Positions 57,919 to 64,000 of a DNA stretch of 64,000 bases are shown here, piece by piece. The position numbers and the translations under genes are program-made. The number at the start of each line of letters is the position of its first letter. The first letter of the stretch is position 1. The notes below the pieces were generated by a model. It ran no database searches. It worked only from the letters and a program-made list of their open reading frames with translations, and was not told the origin of the DNA. This DNA comes from an uncultured Candidatus Saccharibacteria bacterium (GTDB lineage Bacteria; Patescibacteriota; Minisyncoccia; Phycocordibacterales; UBA1006), in NCBI GenBank assembly GCA_964464735.1, contig CAYXKF010000004.1:3929-67928 (forward strand), written 5' to 3'.

Positions 57919-58965
57919 TTAAAGCGACAAATTTGGCGAACGTTCGACAGTATTGGGATCGGCAAAATTCCCCGCCACTGCCTGATAATGCGCCGCAACC
58001 CCGATCATGCCAGCATTATCACCATATAATTTTTTACTTGTCGGATAATGAATGCGATATGTCTTTCCAAACTGTGCACGAAACTGTTTGCGAAGGGTCT
58101 GGTTTGCCGATACCCCGCCGGCAACAATAAGATCTTTTATTTCATAACGAGCCGAGACTGCCTTGAATGCACGCTCGGTTTTAATAAGCAGTTCGTCAAT
58201 AGCTGCTTTTTGAAACGACGCCGCGACATCGCAAATAATTTGCGTTTTTTCTTTTTTGTCGAGCTTTTCTACAAATAATTTTTTCGTTAAATACAGCACC
58301 GCGGTCTTAAGGCCCGAATAACTCATATCAAGCGTGGGGTTTTTTATCATCGGAATCGGAAGCGGATATGCCGTGTCATTACCCTTTTTCGCCAACTCTT
58401 CGACAATCGGTCCGCCCGGGTAACCTAGCTCAAGCATTCGGGCAACTTTGTCGTACGCTTCGCCAATTGCATCGTCAATCGTTTTTCCTAAAATTTCGTA
58501 TGACCCGTGGTCTTTCATTAAAACAATTTCGGTGTGTCCGCCCGAAACCAATAGTGCGATTAAAGGAAATGAATAGGTAATTTCTGGATTGCCTTTTGCA
58601 TTTTTTGCCAGTGCCGAATATATATGCCCTTCCATGTGATTCACCCCAATAAGCGGTTTGTCATACAATACTGCGTATTCTTTGGCCTTATTAATGCCAA
58701 CACCCAAGGCAATCGCAAGTCCGGGGCCATAAGTAACCGCAAAGGCATCAATCTTATCAATCGAAACTTTTGCGCGTTTTAATGCCTCGGCAATCACCAT
58801 ATCAATCGCTTCTTCATGCATCCGGCGTGCAATGCCCGGCACGACACCTCCCCATTGTTTATGAAATTCAATCTGCGAAGAAATAGCATTCGAAAGAACC
58901 CGATCGTTTTCGGTTATCGCTACCGAAGTCTCATCGCATGATGTATCAATTGCAAGAATTTTCAT
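57919..58965 (-). CDS. tsaD: t6A transferase TsaD
   Basis: IDTSCDET, GGVVP, NHMEGH, LVSGGHT, DDAIGEAYDK, DNAGMI. Confidence 0.97.
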   Translation of the reverse strand: MKILAIDTSCDETSVAITENDRVLSNAISSQIEFHKQWGGVVPGIARRMHEEAIDMVIAEALKRAKVSIDKIDAFAVTYGPGLAIALGVGINKAKEYAVLYDKPLIGVNHMEGHIYSALAKNAKGNPEITYSFPLIALLVSGGHTEIVLMKDHGSYEILGKTIDDAIGEAYDKVARMLELGYPGGPIVEELAKKGNDTAYPLPIPMIKNPTLDMSYSGLKTAVLYLTKKLFVEKLDKKEKTQIICDVAASFQKAAIDELLIKTERAFKAVSARYEIKDLIVAGGVSANQTLRKQFRAQFGKTYRIHYPTSKKLYGDNAGMIGVAAHYQAVAGNFADPNTVERSPNLSL

Positions 58966-58968
58966 ACC

Positions 58969-60072
58969 CTATTTATAGTCGCTTACAGTAATAGTGCGCG
59001 ATGTCTCGCTGGTTCCGTGTTCAATTTTTATCCAGACAATCACTGCATCTTCGGACACGCGCTTAAAAAGTTCGGTCACCTTGTCGGCCCATTCGATCGA
59101 AAATATGTTTCCTGCGGCAACTTGATTTATAAAGCCAAGCTCTTCAAGTTCTAACGGTTCAAACAAACGCCATGTGTCAATATGGTACAAAAATGGTTTT
59201 TTGTTTGATAAGTGCGAATCATCAGGCACCGCAACTGAATACTCTTTTTCAATAATAAATGTTGGTGATTGGATTGGGTCAGTAATTCCTAGCGCCTCGG
59301 CGACGCCTTTCGTAAACTCAGTTTTTCCCGCACCCAGTTCTCCTTGCAACGCAAAAATAACCGACTTGTACCCTAAGTAGTGCTGATATTTTTTAATAAG
59401 TTCTTCGCCCAATTGTTGCGTTTCTTCGGGCGAATGAGTTTGTTTTGTAAATAGTGGAACCAGGTGGATATCACCTTGGCGCAACACCACTTTTTGATCA
59501 AGCGTCGTATCAACGACCGTAGATGGTTCATTTTTTGGAAGCTCGCCTGCATCAATAATAAGGTCAATCAGGTTTTTTTGCTTGTCCGAGATTGCATTTA
59601 AAATATCATCAATCGAATACGGCCGCTTTTTATACGACGCATTTGCCGATGTTGCGGTGATTGGTTTTCCAAGCGCACGTACAATATCGGTAACCAATGA
59701 ATAATCTGGAATGCGCACGCCTAAAGTTCCGGTTTCAGATTGCACGCCACGGGCAACCTTGCCTAATCCTTTTGATACAATCGTAAGCGGGCCAGGCAAA
59801 AAGTTTTCATACAAGTTGAGTGCCGTTTTGTTTACTTCAACGTAGGTTCGAGCCATATCAATCGAATTAACTGCAATCGAAAGCGGCTTTCCTTCGCGAC
59901 GCGCTTTGTATTGAAGCAACTTATCCACCGCCGCCTGATTTGTAGCATCTGCGCCAATTCCATAGACAGTTTCGGTCGGAAACACCACTAAGCCGCCTTG
60001 CTGCAGCGTTAAAACCGCTTGTGCAATAAGCGCTTCGCGGGAAGTGTTTTTTACATCCAGGAGTTCGGGCAT
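58969..60072 (-). CDS. TsaC (Sua5/YrdC)-TsaE fusion
   Basis: FPTETVYGIG, PGPLT, ATSANAS, then GELGAGKT, SPTF, YHIDTWR, IEWAD. Confidence 0.92.
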   Translation of the reverse strand: MPELLDVKNTSREALIAQAVLTLQQGGLVVFPTETVYGIGADATNQAAVDKLLQYKARREGKPLSIAVNSIDMARTYVEVNKTALNLYENFLPGPLTIVSKGLGKVARGVQSETGTLGVRIPDYSLVTDIVRALGKPITATSANASYKKRPYSIDDILNAISDKQKNLIDLIIDAGELPKNEPSTVVDTTLDQKVVLRQGDIHLVPLFTKQTHSPEETQQLGEELIKKYQHYLGYKSVIFALQGELGAGKTEFTKGVAEALGITDPIQSPTFIIEKEYSVAVPDDSHLSNKKPFLYHIDTWRLFEPLELEELGFINQVAAGNIFSIEWADKVTELFKRVSEDAVIVWIKIEHGTSETSRTITVSDYK

Positions 60073-60120
60073 ATCGGTGCCATTGTGCAGTACGATAAGA
60101 AATTTGTAAAGAAAGCACCT

Positions 60121-60651
60121 TTAATACTTACGCGCATCATAAGCCCAATGCAACAATGCTTGATGTTGCCGTGGGCGGCAAAAAATATCACCGCGTTTGC
60201 AGTTGTGTACGATTTGTGCAATGTGCCGTCGCATCTTAAACCAGCGTTTGATTTGACGATCGTCTTCTTTAGGGATCCGCCGCCCCAAGTAATACCGGCA
60301 GTACCACTGAAACCATCCGCGAGGGTCATCCTTATAAATCCACCCATTTTTTTGCCAAACCGATAATGGCTGACTTGCCGCGACTTTATAATAATTAAGC
60401 TTTGGATCGGCTTTAAGCGCATCTTTTGCAACAAGCTTTGCACCCGCAAACCAATCTTTGGGAAATTCTTTTGGCCGATCATGAAAATAAATTCCACCAA
60501 ACACGCCAATCGCAAGCATCTGCTTTGGCGTCAGGTCGGGGCGAAACAAAGGATCAAAATTCTTTCCAACAGGTTCGGTTAATTGATAGGTATACCCTTT
60601 TTGAAACTTATCATTCACTGTTATTGTTTTTTTACGAAATGATTTTGGCAT
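60121..60651 (-). CDS. conserved hypothetical protein (GVFGG.YF / DPRGWFQWYCRYY.GRR family)
   Basis: FRPDLTPKQMLAIGVFGGIYF, DPRGWFQWYCRYYLGRR, EDDRQIKRW, QALLHWAYD; start moved to 60651 to clear the tRNA. Confidence 0.8.
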   Translation of the reverse strand: MPKSFRKKTITVNDKFQKGYTYQLTEPVGKNFDPLFRPDLTPKQMLAIGVFGGIYFHDRPKEFPKDWFAGAKLVAKDALKADPKLNYYKVAASQPLSVWQKNGWIYKDDPRGWFQWYCRYYLGRRIPKEDDRQIKRWFKMRRHIAQIVHNCKRGDIFCRPRQHQALLHWAYDARKY

Positions 60652-60658
60652 ATATATG

Positions 60659-60743
60659 CGGAGGCGGCGAGATTCGAACTCGCGAAGGCTTTCACCTTGC
60701 CACCTTTCCAAGGTGGTGCACTAGACCGCTATGCGACGCCTCC
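60659..60743 (-). tRNA. tRNA-Ser(GGA)
   Basis: GGAGGCG acceptor, CCACC-TTGGAAA-GGTGG, long variable arm, GTTCGAATC; CCA not encoded. Confidence 0.96.
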
Positions 60744-60788
60744 AGTACTTCGCCAGAGACTAACGCATAATTGACCACGATTCAAGCA

Positions 60789-61208
60789 TTACGAGCGTAT
60801 CTTAAGCACTTGGTCCACTTTAATATTTCCCGCTATTTCCATAAGTTTTACCGCTTCGGAGATTTCATTTTTTTGTAATCCCGCCTTTTTTGCAATATCT
60901 TCGTACAGATAATTACCATCTTCACTTAAGGGAACATATTTCATCAGGCTTATCAGCATCTTCTTCATAATCACATAATCGCCCTCGTTGATTTTACGCT
61001 GTGCCTGCACAACATCCAATTGATTCTCTTTTAACACCTGCGCATAAGAATCAGGATATTGTTCGCGCAGATAGCTTACGAGGTATGGCACACATGGCCT
61101 TGCAAATACTTCGTCGACCGCCACATTGGTTTCTGCCTTAATTGCTTCCTGCACATACCGCATTTTCTTTTTTAACGCATCAGGAATAAGATTACCAATA
61201 TTGTCCAT
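60789..61208 (-). CDS. hypothetical protein, possible C-terminal HTH
   Basis: 139-aa ORF; YEDIAKKAGLQKNEISEAVKLMEIAGNI. Confidence 0.6.
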   Translation of the reverse strand: MDNIGNLIPDALKKKMRYVQEAIKAETNVAVDEVFARPCVPYLVSYLREQYPDSYAQVLKENQLDVVQAQRKINEGDYVIMKKMLISLMKYVPLSEDGNYLYEDIAKKAGLQKNEISEAVKLMEIAGNIKVDQVLKIRS

Positions 61209-61212
61209 AGAG

Positions 61213-62109
61213 TTATATTGATTGATTTAATAATATTTTGATCCGCGCCTCGACAGGCGGATGGGTTGAAAATAAATTACGCAAACCGTTAGCCGCTTTG
61301 GATCCAAACGGGTTTGCAATAAATAAGTGTGCAGTCGCATTGCTTGCCTTATGCATTGGACGCGCATAGGCTGATATTTTTTTCAGCGCATTTGCCAATC
61401 CCTCGGGATAGCGGGTCAACAGAGCCCCTGATGCATCAGCTAAAAATTCACGCTTTCGAGAAACCGCCAGTTGAATAAGGGTTGCAAAAATCGGTGCCAA
61501 AATAGCCAGTACCAGACCGACTATCATTAATATACCACCCGCCTTGCTGTCATCGTCGCGATGACCCATACCAAACAATTGCGAACGTAAGAAAAAGTCG
61601 GCAACAATGGTTACAAAACCTGCTAGCACCACGGCAACCGTCGAAACTAAAATGTCTCGGTTTCCAATGTGCGACAATTCGTGCGCGATCACGCCTTCCA
61701 GTTCGTTTTTTTCTAGCACTTGCAAAAGGCCGGTCGTAACTGCCACTGCCGAATGCTTTGGATTACGCCCCGTTGCAAACGCGTTAGGCGCAACGTCATC
61801 AATAATGTAGACGCGCGGCTTAGGCAAGCCGGCAGTGATCGAAAGGTTTTCGACAATGCGGTGCAACTCGGCATATTGGCTTTCATTGGCAGGCTTTGCA
61901 CCCGAAACTGATAACGCAATAGTGTCCGACTTCCAATAAGCAAAAATATTCATTAAAACACTAAAGATAAAAAGCCCATACAAGATATTTGGGTTTCCGT
62001 AAATCCGTGAAAACAAAAACCCGATAGCAATAATGATGCCGCAAAATACTGCCATAAGCAGCCACGTTTTTGCAATATTTGAAGATTGATGAGTGTACAA
62101 TGTCGCCAT
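61213..62109 (-). CDS. htpX: M48 zinc metalloprotease HtpX
   Basis: PNAFATGR, AHELSHI, SRKREFLADA, STHPP. Confidence 0.95.
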   Translation of the reverse strand: MATLYTHQSSNIAKTWLLMAVFCGIIIAIGFLFSRIYGNPNILYGLFIFSVLMNIFAYWKSDTIALSVSGAKPANESQYAELHRIVENLSITAGLPKPRVYIIDDVAPNAFATGRNPKHSAVAVTTGLLQVLEKNELEGVIAHELSHIGNRDILVSTVAVVLAGFVTIVADFFLRSQLFGMGHRDDDSKAGGILMIVGLVLAILAPIFATLIQLAVSRKREFLADASGALLTRYPEGLANALKKISAYARPMHKASNATAHLFIANPFGSKAANGLRNLFSTHPPVEARIKILLNQSI

Positions 62110-62168
62110 ACGCCCCGAGTATAACACAAAAACCGCGTGCTGCGGTTTTGTGTTTAACAACTTAGTAT

Positions 62169-62330
62169 TTATCGAGGCACCGTACCGATAGTATCTTCTG
62201 GAACCGGATCCTCGTAGCTTTCGTTGGTCAATTCGGGCGATTTGACGGGGCTGTCTTTTTTGATTGCAACAATGCCGACAACTACAATCACGGCCAGTAT
62301 GATGATTATTATGATCCCGCGGGTAGTCAT
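62169..62330 (-). CDS. 53-aa single-pass membrane microprotein (below the ORF-track cutoff)
   Basis: MTTRGIIIIIILAVIVVVGIVAIKKDSPVKSPELTNESYEDPVPEDTIGTVPR; starts 1 nt after the lemA stop. Confidence 0.6.
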   Translation of the reverse strand: MTTRGIIIIIILAVIVVVGIVAIKKDSPVKSPELTNESYEDPVPEDTIGTVPR

Positions 62331-62331
62331 A

Positions 62332-62883
62332 TTAGAATTTTACCTCGACTGGGTTTTGCGCAGCATGGTCATCAGGCAAATCAAACAGTTCCATCTTAGA
62401 GAACTTAAACATGCCACCGATTACATTTCCAGGAAACATCTCAAGCGCAGTGTTAAAGTCACGCACGTTGCTATTGTAAAAGCGGCGTGCTGATTGAATT
62501 TTATTTTCGGTATCCGATAATTCGCGCTGCAATTCCAAAAAATTTACGTTTGCCTTAAGGTCTGGATACGCTTCAGAAATGGCAAACAACGATTTAAGGG
62601 CGCCGGTAAGCATATTTTCGGCTTCCCCTTTTTGTTCAGGAGTAGTCGCCTGCATTGCCTGGGCGCGTGCTTGAGTTACTTTTTCAAAGGCGGTTGATTC
62701 GTGGGTTGCGTATCCCTTAACGGTATTAACCAAGTTAGGAATTAAATCGAAGCGGCGTTTTAACTGCACTTCAATATCAGCCCACGCTTCTTGTGCGCGG
62801 TTTTTATGTCGTATAAAGTTGTTGTAAGTAAGGACGACCCACAAAATAAGTAAGGCCGGAATAAGTAAGAAAAGCCACGTCAT
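62332..62883 (-). CDS. lemA: LemA family protein
   Basis: AWADIEVQLKRRFDLIPNLV, EAYPDLKAN, ENKIQSARRFYN. Confidence 0.96.
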   Translation of the reverse strand: MTWLFLLIPALLILWVVLTYNNFIRHKNRAQEAWADIEVQLKRRFDLIPNLVNTVKGYATHESTAFEKVTQARAQAMQATTPEQKGEAENMLTGALKSLFAISEAYPDLKANVNFLELQRELSDTENKIQSARRFYNSNVRDFNTALEMFPGNVIGGMFKFSKMELFDLPDDHAAQNPVEVKF

Positions 62884-62955
62884 AATGTATTTGGATTATT
62901 GGTAAATCTTGCAAAGTAAGTATAGCACATTGGCGCAAGATCCCATGATTACGTA

Positions 62956-63453
62956 TTAATTTTGCTTATAAGTCAAAAGCGTAAATACCCGAATGGTTTC
63001 GATGTTGTTTCCCACAGCGCAGGTAACACGGTCGCTATTTGCTTCGGGTTCGGTACAAATTGGCGTACCAGGCAAGTTATCAACAAGTGATGCCTTAATT
63101 TTATACGCAATGTAATCGTTTTCACCCTTAGGGTTCGGTGGTACCAAAACGGTAATCTTTACAACATCGTTCGTGCGCTCTTCCAGGCTCCAACCTTTAG
63201 GAAGTGGAATTCCGTCTTTCAGTGCCCATGTTTTAACTTCGGCCTTTACCGTTTCAGGATCAAGTTTTTCGCGCGCAACATCAATACCTTCACCCGCTTC
63301 TTTTAATATCCCATCAAGCCAGTCCGAATGCCCGACTTTGTCGATGGCAATTTGTACATCTTTTTCGCTTGGCAGTTTTAAATCGCCATGCCATAGCATC
63401 AGGCCTACGGTTGCAATAGCAACTAAAACAATTGCTCCAATGATCTGCATCAT
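62956..63453 (-). CDS. hypothetical membrane-anchored protein
   Basis: N-terminal TM, soluble remainder with two Cys. Confidence 0.6.
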   Translation of the reverse strand: MMQIIGAIVLVAIATVGLMLWHGDLKLPSEKDVQIAIDKVGHSDWLDGILKEAGEGIDVAREKLDPETVKAEVKTWALKDGIPLPKGWSLEERTNDVVKITVLVPPNPKGENDYIAYKIKASLVDNLPGTPICTEPEANSDRVTCAVGNNIETIRVFTLLTYKQN

Positions 63454-63457
63454 AGGG

Positions 63458-64000
63458 TTATACAAGCGAACGCTCGTGCATAATCTTAACGATCCAAAAA
63501 CCAATCACAACGCCGACAATTGGCGCAACGATATACAAAACATTTACCGAATGAATACCCAACGCAACGGCCGGATTAAGCACCCCGTTTGATCCGATCA
63601 TTGAAGCAATAGCGATTCCTAAAAATAATGACAATCCAGCAACAAGCCCATCAAACATAGTATGGACGCGTTCGTACACGATCGAGGCAATACCAAAACC
63701 AAAAAATAGTGCGCCAAGCATTTCAGCAAAAAAGACCGCCGACGTCATATCCACCGCAATAACCGGAACTGCATGCGTGCCATACTGGACAACAACCAAC
63801 GCAAGCAATGCGCCGGCAACTTGTGCGATAATATATCCAATCGCATCAATGAATGAAATTTTCCGAACTGACAAAAACCCCAATGTGATCGCCGGATTAA
63901 TATGCGCACCCGTCGTGCTACCAATAGTGTAAGCAGCAAACATAAGCACCAAACCTGCCAAAATAGCAGTTGGCACGACAAAAATATGAGTAAGAGAGAG
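63458..64000 (-). CDS. aquaporin/MIP channel, 5' end outside the window
   Basis: GAHINPAIT and VLNPAVA (two NPA motifs). Confidence 0.93.
   Translation of the reverse strand, partial: LSLTHIFVVPTAILAGLVLMFAAYTIGSTTGAHINPAITLGFLSVRKISFIDAIGYIIAQVAGALLALVVVQYGTHAVPVIAVDMTSAVFFAEMLGALFFGFGIASIVYERVHTMFDGLVAGLSLFLGIAIASMIGSNGVLNPAVALGIHSVNVLYIVAPIVGVVIGFWIVKIMHERSLV

Noticed and set aside
60652-60711. N-terminal extension of the 60121 ORF
   Set aside because: Overlaps tRNA-Ser(GGA)
1-64000. Alternative genetic code (UGA=Gly, code 25) or TAA recoding
   Set aside because: Conserved genes are full length under code 11, TGA ends genes at 34948 and 43556, and TAA ends many genes; only rpsI is interrupted

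Overview
This window looks like chromosomal DNA from a Patescibacteria (CPR) genome, most likely Parcubacteria-like, read with genetic code 11. Most of it is housekeeping: grpE-dnaK-dnaJ, infA-rpmJ-rpsM-rpsK-rpsD-rpoA-rplQ-rplM-rpsI, alaS, cysS, mnmA, uvrA, pth, secA, PBP2, tsaD, a tsaC-tsaE fusion, lemA-htpX and two tRNA-Ser genes. The main anomaly is a 12-kb head-to-tail array of seven divergent ~565-585 aa Cys-rich multi-zinc-ribbon paralogs (33233-45247), with an eighth solitary copy at 35-1786. Other notable items are: a ~95-nt three-way-junction element present twice with compensatory base changes (9042-9138 and 25979-26072); a hairpin-rich element bounded by a 14-bp duplication of the rpsI 3' end; an in-frame TAA inside rpsI; a catalytically degenerate dihydroorotate dehydrogenase-like gene; several housekeeping proteins lacking their usual zinc sites; a Fur/Zur-type operator; and many apparently leaderless promoters. 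No CRISPR array, integrase, transposase or reverse transcriptase was seen. All family calls come from motif recognition by eye, not from database searches.
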